64,000 nucleotides of DNA, taken from assembly GCA_902595195.1 (NCBI GenBank), contig CACJPC010000001.1, positions 17,173 to 81,172 on the forward strand. The letters run 5' to 3'. How positions within the stretch are numbered: the stretch's first letter is position 1; each line of letters opens with the position of its first letter. Source of the stretch: an uncultured Candidatus Actinomarina sp. (lineage in GTDB: Bacteria > Actinomycetota > Acidimicrobiia > Actinomarinales > Actinomarinaceae). This document shows positions 38,801-46,601 of this stretch, piece after piece. The translations under genes and the position numbers were made by a program. Below the pieces are notes generated by a model. That model made no database searches, was not told the origin of the DNA, and worked only from the letters and a program-made list of their open reading frames with translations.

Positions 38801-39244
38801 CAGAAATTAGATTTAAATACCGAAAGTATTGATTCGAACTCAGGCTCATTAGACATTCTACATTTTCATTTAACAGAGTTTGAAGAAATATTTAATAAAG
38901 AACCAAAAGAAGACGGTTCAAATGCAGAACTGTTAGGCATTTATTCTAATGAATATTTGGTAGGCTTTAAATTGTTGAAAGACGGTGAAGAAAATGGATT
39001 ATTAATAAATCCTATCAATTTCCCACAAGTATTAGAAAGTCTCTTTTTTGGAAATAGCTTATCTATAGAAACTTATGACAAACAACTAGACACTCTCAAT
39101 AAATTATTGAACTTTTATTTAGATATAAAATACCCGAGCTTGCTACCAGTTCATCATTTAATTTCATTTATTGAAAACGAAATAAGTCAAGAATCGTTTG
39201 ATAGAGAATTAAAAGAAAAGGTAATAGGCAGAGTTACTCTGTAA
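35879..39244 (+). CDS. Fusion protein: N-terminal PLD/HKD nuclease domain + SNF2-family (SF2) helicase/translocase (TTG start)
   Basis: HKD motif WHPKMYLLEDGDGNKIAASGSGNMSESG (36290-36370). SNF2 motif I DEVGLGKT, motif II LVIDEAHHAR, motifs V/VI CSSAASEGLNLQ and LEQRIGRIARLGQ. Confidence 0.82.
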   Translation: MSYKDLRLRKTVEGSGKLLNNVIKPSLKENTKTFRALTAYYSIGSLEAIGKTLDYFLSNDGIIQIVIGDQVDDERTLKGASEELQKEEIVIFQKKLQEDVELVRNENSRFTIATIAYLILDEKLQLKVANYRNGELWHPKMYLLEDGDGNKIAASGSGNMSESGFEKNYEIHDIFTNWDFGTEYFSSEDPSEPTKEEIFWRIWNNNDENTEVKELDKEYAQKLLERIGNPSKEDVIKYVDQKVKDNQNENLLNFKKDLQTSPIFHEFNLGKSALYPHQINAVQKALKMWPIRILFSDEVGLGKTLELGTLIAYLIKNNLVDNVLVLAPPTLTEQWQDEMKQHFDLDFARYDRTKKSWVYKDEEFEGIKENSPLRYNDNFPSLAIMSKSMAVRSNEQHIFLENDSYPDFLVIDEAHHARMHRGYDGSAKKTNFRRVVEQISNEIKHIAFATATPMRKNIDEYFFLLDLLGVEELISEKDYEKSLSIINDFYTDRNNKFNLDDLSLIKDLLIKVIDKSEERFFHNSPEIYSLVNELKNGEVDNAWLFENSKKLIEFHTIYHPTRILTSRNVQENLNKFSEIYKIPKRTLRPSPILPIDISNELNDFFSSIMEYVDRFYQITELAITPDKQLPLGLRRHSLQERFASSFWSAKKSITNRREHLINSLEGFKENKITKEFFENSDEDDDEDTIIAGLTKSELVSVDWENVIKNCESEIRALNTYVDLAEIVINSTPEGIDPDPKINETVRLFSEHIDKNPGKPLLIFSKYTDTLNEVERAVISYCETNDIYMGYASYRGDYRRIKYANDREHRKAEKRDITRALNNGRIQVIFCSSAASEGLNLQAASYMINVDVPWVPSDLEQRIGRIARLGQKEDEVLIDNIWYPFSIESNMYKRLIDRQRDMSFAIGQFPDLIAEAIKNFVDDKDAKKIEKTIDEINKKKNTYEMKVLNELWIQDGNEPLHPWGNVFRKEILEIMQKLDLNTESIDSNSGSLDILHFHLTEFEEIFNKEPKEDGSNAELLGIYSNEYLVGFKLLKDGEENGLLINPINFPQVLESLFFGNSLSIETYDKQLDTLNKLLNFYLDIKYPSLLPVHHLISFIENEISQESFDRELKEKVIGRVTL

Positions 39245-39440
39245 CTAATCTTTTCGCTTCATCAGGATCAAATCCATTAGTTACAAGATCTTCTCTCTTT
39301 GTACAACCACGACAAGGTTGCTGCTCTGTAATATCTGTATATTCTTGATAAATTATTTTTGATTCAGAAATTTTTTCTAACCACTTGCAATCTCGAAATT
39401 TATGATACGTTTTCTCATTAGTAGTGATAAATTCAGACAT
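39234..39440 (-). CDS. Small hypothetical protein (68 aa)
   Basis: ORF only. Its 3' end overlaps the convergent SNF2 gene by 11 nt. Contains C...CRGC. Confidence 0.3.
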   Translation of the reverse strand: MSEFITTNEKTYHKFRDCKWLEKISESKIIYQEYTDITEQQPCRGCTKREDLVTNGFDPDEAKRLVTE

Positions 39441-39500
39441 AAAGTCATCTTAACAAAAAAAATACTGGCTTCATAACCTTGTCATGAAGCCAGTACCGGC

Positions 39501-40076
39501 TCAGTATGAATCTATAATAAAATAGTCGCCACTAGGAATATTCCAGGCTTTAACTGCATCGAACCATCTAAAATGTCCTTCAGCTTCATTGGTATCTCCT
39601 GCAAAAACTATTCCCGATACATATTGAAATAACAATGATGTACATTTTCCATTGACATGAGACTTTGATGATTTCATATCAACTGCCCTTATTAATTTTT
39701 CAATATATTGAATAGTTCTTAAGGTAACTTGGCCTCCCGCATTTTTTCTATTCAATCTTATGTAGTCATTAATATTCGGCTTTGGTCTATTTAAACGTTG
39801 AGAAATTCTTACTGGAGCTAAAATCGCATCTGGATCCTTTAAGTCATCTAATTTTCCATCTATTTCCAAAGAAATTTGCATATCTTCCTTATTAAATCTC
39901 ATAATTATCCAAATATCTTTACCAAATTTAGACGTACCGAGATACCTTCGACCATTAAAAGTATCTTTCTTTAACGCATTTGTAAGAAATTGCTCTTTTT
40001 TTCTTTTTTTAAGTTCTAACTTCTTGTTATCTATTTTTTTATTCAAATAATCCCCTTTCAATGTAAATTTGCACAA
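39501..40076 (-). CDS. Hypothetical protein (start uncertain: TTG 40076 or ATG 39899)
   Basis: Long ORF with a Lys-rich N-terminus. The TTG start lies inside the T-tract of a terminator-like hairpin, so the shorter form is plausible. Confidence 0.4.
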   Translation of the reverse strand: MCKFTLKGDYLNKKIDNKKLELKKRKKEQFLTNALKKDTFNGRRYLGTSKFGKDIWIIMRFNKEDMQISLEIDGKLDDLKDPDAILAPVRISQRLNRPKPNINDYIRLNRKNAGGQVTLRTIQYIEKLIRAVDMKSSKSHVNGKCTSLLFQYVSGIVFAGDTNEAEGHFRWFDAVKAWNIPSGDYFIIDSY

Positions 40077-40106
40077 AAAAAAAGAAGCGAGAGATTTCTC
40101 GCTTCT
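40073..40106 (-). terminator. Terminator-like hairpin + T-tract (minus-strand sense) in a divergent intergenic region
   Basis: Perfect 10-bp stem AGAAGCGAGA (40083-40092) pairs with TCTCGCTTCT (40097-40106) around a 4-nt loop. The plus-strand A-run 40075-40083 gives a T-tract after the hairpin on the minus strand. Confidence 0.4.
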
Positions 40107-40111
40107 AAATT

Positions 40112-40134
40112 AAAAAAAGCACACGTTTGTGTGC
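40112..40134 (-). terminator. Second terminator-like hairpin + T7 (minus-strand sense)
   Basis: GCACAC (40119-40124) pairs with GTGTGC (40129-40134) around the loop GTTT. The plus-strand A7 at 40112-40118 gives the T-tract. Confidence 0.3.
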
Positions 40135-40212
40135 ATCAGATTACATTATATCACAAAATGATTAAAAAATCAATTTTCAGCTGTTTGTGGCTAAGTTAGT
40201 ATGTAATGGTAT

Positions 40213-41958
40213 ATGGGTAAAGCGACATTTTTTGAGGGAGAATATCCAGAATCAAACACTTCTGAAAAAAAGGTTGCAGAAATTTTAAAAAAATTTTCAA
40301 ATGAATGGACAATTTTTCACTCTGTAAAAGTTCATGATCCCGAAACTGAAAAGCTAACAAATACAGAAATTGACTTTTTACTTATTCATCCTGCATATGG
40401 ATTTATACAGATAGAGGTAAAAGGGAAAGGATACCAAACAGATGAGGAGGGTAATTGGTTTATAAAAAAAGGACCAAATAAAGAAAAAGTAGCTTCTCCA
40501 ATCGATTCACTTGGTGAAAAACAATCTAAGATAATGAAAACTTTCCTGTATCACAATAAATCTATAAAGGGAGTAGATCTTTTTAATGTAAATGTACCCA
40601 TAATATCACTTATGTTTTGGACTGACTTAAAGCGTGAAGATCTACCAATTGCAGAAGTTTCAGAAGTAAATTCTTACTTTGTTGAAGATATATTTATTCC
40701 GGTTGAGAGTCTTGAAGAAAATTTGTTACAAAAAATGCGGAAACATATAAAAATAAATAAAAAAATAAAATTTGATAAAAACAAGTGGTTGTCTCCATTC
40801 TTAGGAAAACCCTTTGTTACAACAGTTATTACTATTTTTAAACCATATCAAAAGAGTTATAAATTAAAGTCAGCAACAGGTAGAACTAGTAATGAATTAG
40901 AACTTGCTACACAAGAACAGATTGAGCATTACAAGATACTAACTGACAGCAGTTACAAACGTCATCTTGTAAGTGGTCCTCCAGGAAGTGGAAAGACTGT
41001 GTTAGCTAAAGCTATAGCTAGGGAAAGAGCAGAAGATGGTAAAAAAGTACTTTTTATGTGTTTCAACAGGGCATTAGCTGATGAGATTGATTTTGAATTT
41101 AGGAAAGAAGAAAATATTGAAGTCTTGTCTATGTGGAAGTATTTTAAACTACTTGGGATATCGTGGGAAGATACTGTTGAGCATGAGGGTAAGAAAATTG
41201 TACTTCAAAAACTGCCTCCCCATATTTCATCAACGTATATAGCGAAATTGTTAGAAGAAAAAATAAATGATGCTGTAGATAATTTTAAATTTGACATTCT
41301 GCTTATTGATGAAGCGCAGGATTTTTCTGAAAAATATTGGGATTTTTTTAAATTACTTTTTGCTGAAAAGCCTGAATCAGCTTGGTATTTATTTTTTGAC
41401 ACAAACCAAGCTCTTACACACCCTGAATGGTCGCCTCCACTATTTGAAATACCTCATTCAAATTTACCCCTGACTTATATATTGAGATGCACTGAAAACA
41501 TATCTCATAAAGTACAGAATATATTTGAATCTAAGTTTGGCTTCAAGGGAATTACTGGAGAAGAACCTGAATTTTTAGTTGTAAATGAATCATCATGGGA
41601 CAACTCTTTGGAAGAATTAGTGAAGCTATTAAAAAATCTTATAGACATTGAACATTTTTCTCCAAAACAATTATCAGTGCTGGTGCCTCACTCACGAGAT
41701 ATAGATTTGGTAAAAGGTTATAAATATGATGAAGAAAGCTCTATTGAATCTAAAAAAATTAATGTATCTTCAGTGTATAAATACAAAGGATTAGAAAATG
41801 ATATTGTTATAGTCGTCATACCTAGCTGGGATTCGTTAAATGCCGATTATATACTTCAACCCCTTAGTCTTGCCTATGTTGGCTTTTCGAGAGCAAAGAC
41901 TAAATTATATGTCATAGGAGATAAAAAAATCCAAAAAGAAATAAATTGGAATAAATAA
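40213..41958 (+). CDS. NERD-domain nuclease fused to an SF1 (UvrD/AAA_11-12-like) helicase
   Basis: NERD: KKVAEILKKFSNEWTIFHSVKV...EIDFLLIHPAYGFIQIEVKG. Helicase: GPPGSGKT (Walker A), LIDEAQDF (Walker B), SSVYKYKGLENDIVIVV, GFSRAKTKLYV. Confidence 0.8.
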   Translation: MGKATFFEGEYPESNTSEKKVAEILKKFSNEWTIFHSVKVHDPETEKLTNTEIDFLLIHPAYGFIQIEVKGKGYQTDEEGNWFIKKGPNKEKVASPIDSLGEKQSKIMKTFLYHNKSIKGVDLFNVNVPIISLMFWTDLKREDLPIAEVSEVNSYFVEDIFIPVESLEENLLQKMRKHIKINKKIKFDKNKWLSPFLGKPFVTTVITIFKPYQKSYKLKSATGRTSNELELATQEQIEHYKILTDSSYKRHLVSGPPGSGKTVLAKAIARERAEDGKKVLFMCFNRALADEIDFEFRKEENIEVLSMWKYFKLLGISWEDTVEHEGKKIVLQKLPPHISSTYIAKLLEEKINDAVDNFKFDILLIDEAQDFSEKYWDFFKLLFAEKPESAWYLFFDTNQALTHPEWSPPLFEIPHSNLPLTYILRCTENISHKVQNIFESKFGFKGITGEEPEFLVVNESSWDNSLEELVKLLKNLIDIEHFSPKQLSVLVPHSRDIDLVKGYKYDEESSIESKKINVSSVYKYKGLENDIVIVVIPSWDSLNADYILQPLSLAYVGFSRAKTKLYVIGDKKIQKEINWNK

Positions 41959-41959
41959 C

Positions 41960-43414
41960 CTAAAGTAAGCTTGCTAGCCAATCATGCAGTAAATATAAGT
42001 TTTTACAATCTGCTTTGTTATATTCAATAATTAAATCTTTTAATTCATGTTCCTCATTAAAAAAATAATCTTCAAAATACTGAATTGATTCCATTCCAGA
42101 TTGTAGATCTTCAGTTCTATTTATACCTGCTAACTTTTCAACTGTTTTTAAGGAGTAAGAACTTGCTCCAATTAACAAAGAAGAATTGACTATTGTAAAT
42201 AAGTCTACAAAACATTTTTTTTCAATAAGTTGTTCTAATTCCTTTTCATACATACCAAAGTTCTGAGCAGATCTTCTCAGAGATGAAATTTCGTAACTAA
42301 AGTAGTGATAAAACTTTGCATCAGGATACAGTTCTAAATGTTCAAGTAATTTTTCTATAAAGCTAACAAAAGAATGTTTTTCTTCTTCTTCGTCATCAGA
42401 CCAGTAGTAAGTGAAACTATCATTTTTGTCATTACTCCAAATGCCATAGAGGTATTCAAAATTTCTACCAATAGTTAAAAACGGGTACCCCTCAAAATCG
42501 ATATATAAGTCTCTTTTTTTAGGTTTTAGTAATCCATTTAAAGATGGATCTTTTATTTCATATAAAATTTTATTTTCAGTTGAGTCATTAAGAAGCTGGG
42601 CTAATTTTTTGTACTTAATAAATGTAGCCTCGCCCATGCCGTCAATTTTTTCTAAATTAGTATTTTTTAAATCTTCAACAGTTTTGATGTCATTGTTTTT
42701 TAATTTCTCAATCTGTTTAGCTTGAATTCTATATAAAAGTTCGAGGCCGTTATCTCTAATCCAAATTTTTTTGGCTTCATCATCGTACTCTTGGAGTTGT
42801 TCCCCTTTCTTTGGGTATGGTGGCGCTTCAGGATCGTATGAATTGTTGAAGTCCATAAACTGATTTTTAAGTTCCGCATAGATTTCCTTGTGTTCATCAA
42901 ATTCAACTTTATGCATTTGCAAATCTCCAAGAAACAAAAAACATTCCGTTACTTGTTTTTTGGTAACTGTTTCAAGAATTTCTTTGTAAACAAATAGTTG
43001 CATAATATGTTCTGTTTTTATTGAAGATGAAAGCTTTGCATCAATTATGTGTAAGTTGTCATCTACTATTTTTACAAAATCTAATCTTCCGACGAAATCT
43101 TTTGAAGAAATATAAGGTTGAAAAATAACATCAGGGTTTTTCTCAAGTTCTTTTAAAAACACTTTGTTTGAAGAGTCTTTATTAGACATATCAACAACAT
43201 TTAAATTTTCTGAAATTCTATATTTGTCTTTTAAAACAACCTCATGCTCTTGCGCTTTTGTTAAAAGCTGTTTAGAAATTAATTTTGAAGTATTAATTTG
43301 TATTTTGTATTTAGCATCAATTTTTTTCTCATCTACAAGTTTGTTTGTTTTATTACACCAGTAGCTAAAAGGTGAATTGTAGAATCTAATAAATTCTGAT
43401 ACGCTATGAGGCAT
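41960..43414 (-). CDS. RecB/Cas4-like PD-(D/E)xK nuclease + RNase H-like exonuclease domain (TM0106-family architecture)
   Basis: N-terminal SVSEFIRFYNSPFSYWC, then GRLDFV...HIIDAKLSS...QLFVYKEIL (D...D/ExK...QxxxY). The C-terminal half has LYIDFEGYP (DxE exonuclease motif) and YNKADC. Confidence 0.6.
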   Translation of the reverse strand: MPHSVSEFIRFYNSPFSYWCNKTNKLVDEKKIDAKYKIQINTSKLISKQLLTKAQEHEVVLKDKYRISENLNVVDMSNKDSSNKVFLKELEKNPDVIFQPYISSKDFVGRLDFVKIVDDNLHIIDAKLSSSIKTEHIMQLFVYKEILETVTKKQVTECFLFLGDLQMHKVEFDEHKEIYAELKNQFMDFNNSYDPEAPPYPKKGEQLQEYDDEAKKIWIRDNGLELLYRIQAKQIEKLKNNDIKTVEDLKNTNLEKIDGMGEATFIKYKKLAQLLNDSTENKILYEIKDPSLNGLLKPKKRDLYIDFEGYPFLTIGRNFEYLYGIWSNDKNDSFTYYWSDDEEEEKHSFVSFIEKLLEHLELYPDAKFYHYFSYEISSLRRSAQNFGMYEKELEQLIEKKCFVDLFTIVNSSLLIGASSYSLKTVEKLAGINRTEDLQSGMESIQYFEDYFFNEEHELKDLIIEYNKADCKNLYLLHDWLASLL

Positions 43415-46400
43415 TTAAATCAATTAAGTTAACATCTTTGGATGATTTGCTTAATGCCTCAGCAAATACCTCGTCGTGTGTAAGAACAACAATTTGTGTT
43501 TCTGTTGCTAAGTCTTCTAAGACTTTAATAAAGCCTGCTTGTGAATTCCTGTCTAAATGATCTGATATATCATCGTAGAATAGTGGAAATCTAAAATCTG
43601 AATTTTTAAAAGTTTCAAGTTGCACTGCCATCCTTACTGCTAAGGCAATTGCTGCTTGTTCTCCATCACTGTGTAGGTGAAGCTCTTTATCTCTTGTATT
43701 TTCTTTAGATACTTGATATTTCACACTTAAAATATCTTCTTCTTCGTCAAACTCAACACCTGATAAATTTGGATTAATTTTATTGATGATGGAATTTATT
43801 CTCTTTTTTAAATCAAGTGTTATATTTGCTGTGTTCTTCAATTGCTCATCAACTAAATAAAGCGCTAATACTGTTGAAAGATATTGTTTTCTTGCTTCCT
43901 GCCACTCCCTCAAAATCTTATACTTTTCAGAAAGTAAATCTTCCTTTTTGTAATCCGGTTCTGTAAATAAAGCACCTTCTAAACTGCTAAGTTCTAGTTT
44001 TTTATCTTCTCTTTTTGATATTGTCTCTTCTAGTTCATCGTCTATTTCATCAGAATTGACTAAAAGAGTATCAATAGTAAGTTCACTTGATAATATCTTC
44101 TTTGCAAACTGATCTTTTTCAGATTTCTTAAAAAAGTTAAGCTCATTATCATCGAATAAGGTTTCTAGTTGTTCTAGTACTAAAATCACACTTTCTATTT
44201 CATCAAGAGATTCTGCATCATATGTGCTTAGGATGTTCTTATTCATTTTTTCAGCGTCTGTTATATATTTTTTGGATTCTTTGATTTCTGCTTCTAGTTG
44301 TTTTTTATTCTCAAGTTCTTCCTCTAACTTGGATATTGAATTGTTAAAATCTTCAATGTGGCTTTGAAGAGAAGTTCTTTCTAGTTCTTCTATTTCTAAA
44401 TCTTTACTAATAGGTTCTAGTAGTTTTTTTAGGCTTTTCTTCTTAGAGTTCAGATCTGTAGTGAGACTATTGAGTTCTAGATTTTGCTCTTCTAAATTTA
44501 ATGTGTATTGATTTAAATCAACTAAAAGATCTAATTGTTCTTCTAAATCTTCACTTTCCATAAAAGCTTTCGAAACTTTATATTTTTTTATTAATTCATC
44601 AGACGCTTTTTTAATTTCTGTGATGCCTTCTTTCTTTTTGCTTAATTCTTTTTCTAACTTGCTCTTTGAATCATTTAAGGTATTTAATTCCTCTTCTAAA
44701 TCTATTAAGTCATCTAACTCATCGAAATAATAGGAGAAATCCGAGTCTTTAAGGGTTGCTTCACCCAATTTATATTTTTTTATGATTGTCTCATTTTTCT
44801 TTAAAATATTCCTTACATCAGAGGTATTTGTCTTTTCTTTGAGTTTTAAAATTTTGATTTCTTCTTCTATAGACTGAAACTGTAATCTTGCTGTTAAATT
44901 TTTAACTAGATTCTCATAATCATCATGAATTAAAGACACCTTAGACATTATCAATGTCTCATTTTCCAGAATAATATCTAATAGATCTTCTAATTTTTTT
45001 ATATCTTTATAAGATTTATGAACTTTTTTGAAGGTCTTTTGATTTTCTTCTAAAATGCTCTGGATAGATTCTGTAATTGAAAATATATCATCTCCTCTAA
45101 AGTCAATATGCTGTGTACCGGCTTTGTCTTCATTCAATCTTTTTAGCTTTTTCTTTGTCTCATTAGCGTTTTGTTTAATGTCAAGAATTTCTTGATTGAG
45201 TTTTTTCAACAACGTTTTGTCTTTTGCGGTTATTTTTTCTTTTTTTAATTGAGCTATTGTCTGAGGAGAAAAACCACAACTATCTATGGACTCTTTAATT
45301 TCTTGTTTCTTGTTTTTTATATCGATTTTAAGTTCTGCTATTTCATCTACTAAAGGTTGTGAATCAAATTCATTGATTTTGTTTGAAATTGTAAGTATTT
45401 TGTTTTTATCACTTTCTTTTAATTTAGTTTTTTTATAGTACGCAACACTTGTTTTTGTCAGATTTAACTCTTCTTCTATTTCCGTTAAGGCAGTTTCTAA
45501 ACTTTCAACTTTATCTATTTGTAAAAGAACCTTTTCGTTTGCATTTTCATACTCATCAAATGCACTGAGATAGGTGTCTATTTCCAATTCTTTTAAATTG
45601 GTCTTTTTGACTCCACCAATCCTTTCATCACACTCTTCCAATTGGATTTTTAAATCTACTAGATTATTTCCCTTCACTTCAACCCCTGAAATAGATTCAT
45701 TCAAATTTTTATAATCCGATTCTATTTTTACGAGCTTATGGGTTTTATAAGAGTTGGTCTTAATGTTTTTCTTTTGAAGAGAATTTAGTGAATCTAGTAA
45801 TTCTCCAATATTTTCAATATGTTTTTGTTGAATTTGTATTTCTGTTTTTGTAGATTCCAGTTCACTAATTTTTGTATTCAAGCTTACTATGTCTTGCTTT
45901 AACTTAGCTATGTCCTCTTCATCATTTTTAGATAAATTATCTCTATTTTCTTTCTCTGTTTTTTCAAGGTCTTTTAGCCTTTCGTTTACATCTTTTAAAT
46001 TGTTTTGGAGCTCTCCAATTTTTGTTAGGTTTTTAGTTCTTGTTGCACTCTCTGTTTTATCTGTCAACTTAGTTGCATGCTCAGCATAAGACATAGCGGC
46101 TTCTTCAACATTTTGAGACATTGAACCTGACGCCACACTTATTAACTTTATTAAATCATTTCTTATGTTTTTATCTAACGAGATTGAACCTTGTATGTCT
46201 GAAATCATCTTTGTTGATGTAAAAAAGAAGTTTGAAAATAATCTTCGCATCTTCTCAACATCTTCTATTTGAGGATATATATTTTTTATCTGTTCATTAA
46301 TATTTTTGTCCCACTTACTTCTTGAAATTGAAAGCTTGTCTCCATTGCTGTCAATATTTAAGATAACCCCTCCGGATCCAATTTCTGTTCGTGACACTGC

Positions 46401-46601
46401 AGTTGGTCCGTCATAATCATATTGAAAATAGTGATCGCTTTTTGTAGGTATTCCAAAAAGCAAATGATAAAGAGACTTCACAATAGATGATTTGCCAGAA
46501 CCATTATCTCCAAGCAAAACATTTATATTAGGTTCGAATGAAATTGGCTTAAAGTCAGTTAGGGCACCATATTTTAGGATTGATAATTCTTCAAACTTCA
46601 T
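43404..46601 (-). CDS. SMC/Rad50/SbcC-like ATPase with a very long coiled coil (YhaN/SbcC-like)
   Basis: Walker A LLGDNGSGKSS at the N-terminus, then about 800 aa of heptad-rich E/K/L sequence. C-terminal signature LHSDGEQAAIALAVR, Walker B FPLFYDD and VVLTHDE. Confidence 0.78.
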   Translation of the reverse strand: MKFEELSILKYGALTDFKPISFEPNINVLLGDNGSGKSSIVKSLYHLLFGIPTKSDHYFQYDYDGPTAVSRTEIGSGGVILNIDSNGDKLSISRSKWDKNINEQIKNIYPQIEDVEKMRRLFSNFFFTSTKMISDIQGSISLDKNIRNDLIKLISVASGSMSQNVEEAAMSYAEHATKLTDKTESATRTKNLTKIGELQNNLKDVNERLKDLEKTEKENRDNLSKNDEEDIAKLKQDIVSLNTKISELESTKTEIQIQQKHIENIGELLDSLNSLQKKNIKTNSYKTHKLVKIESDYKNLNESISGVEVKGNNLVDLKIQLEECDERIGGVKKTNLKELEIDTYLSAFDEYENANEKVLLQIDKVESLETALTEIEEELNLTKTSVAYYKKTKLKESDKNKILTISNKINEFDSQPLVDEIAELKIDIKNKKQEIKESIDSCGFSPQTIAQLKKEKITAKDKTLLKKLNQEILDIKQNANETKKKLKRLNEDKAGTQHIDFRGDDIFSITESIQSILEENQKTFKKVHKSYKDIKKLEDLLDIILENETLIMSKVSLIHDDYENLVKNLTARLQFQSIEEEIKILKLKEKTNTSDVRNILKKNETIIKKYKLGEATLKDSDFSYYFDELDDLIDLEEELNTLNDSKSKLEKELSKKKEGITEIKKASDELIKKYKVSKAFMESEDLEEQLDLLVDLNQYTLNLEEQNLELNSLTTDLNSKKKSLKKLLEPISKDLEIEELERTSLQSHIEDFNNSISKLEEELENKKQLEAEIKESKKYITDAEKMNKNILSTYDAESLDEIESVILVLEQLETLFDDNELNFFKKSEKDQFAKKILSSELTIDTLLVNSDEIDDELEETISKREDKKLELSSLEGALFTEPDYKKEDLLSEKYKILREWQEARKQYLSTVLALYLVDEQLKNTANITLDLKKRINSIINKINPNLSGVEFDEEEDILSVKYQVSKENTRDKELHLHSDGEQAAIALAVRMAVQLETFKNSDFRFPLFYDDISDHLDRNSQAGFIKVLEDLATETQIVVLTHDEVFAEALSKSSKDVNLIDLNAS

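Noticed and set aside
32055-39244. Calling the Dam + PLD + SNF2 locus a DISARM system.
   Set aside because: The DISARM core genes drmA (large helicase) and drmB (DUF1998) are not visible. PLD and SNF2 are fused, and a GHKL ATPase is present instead. Only the component types overlap.
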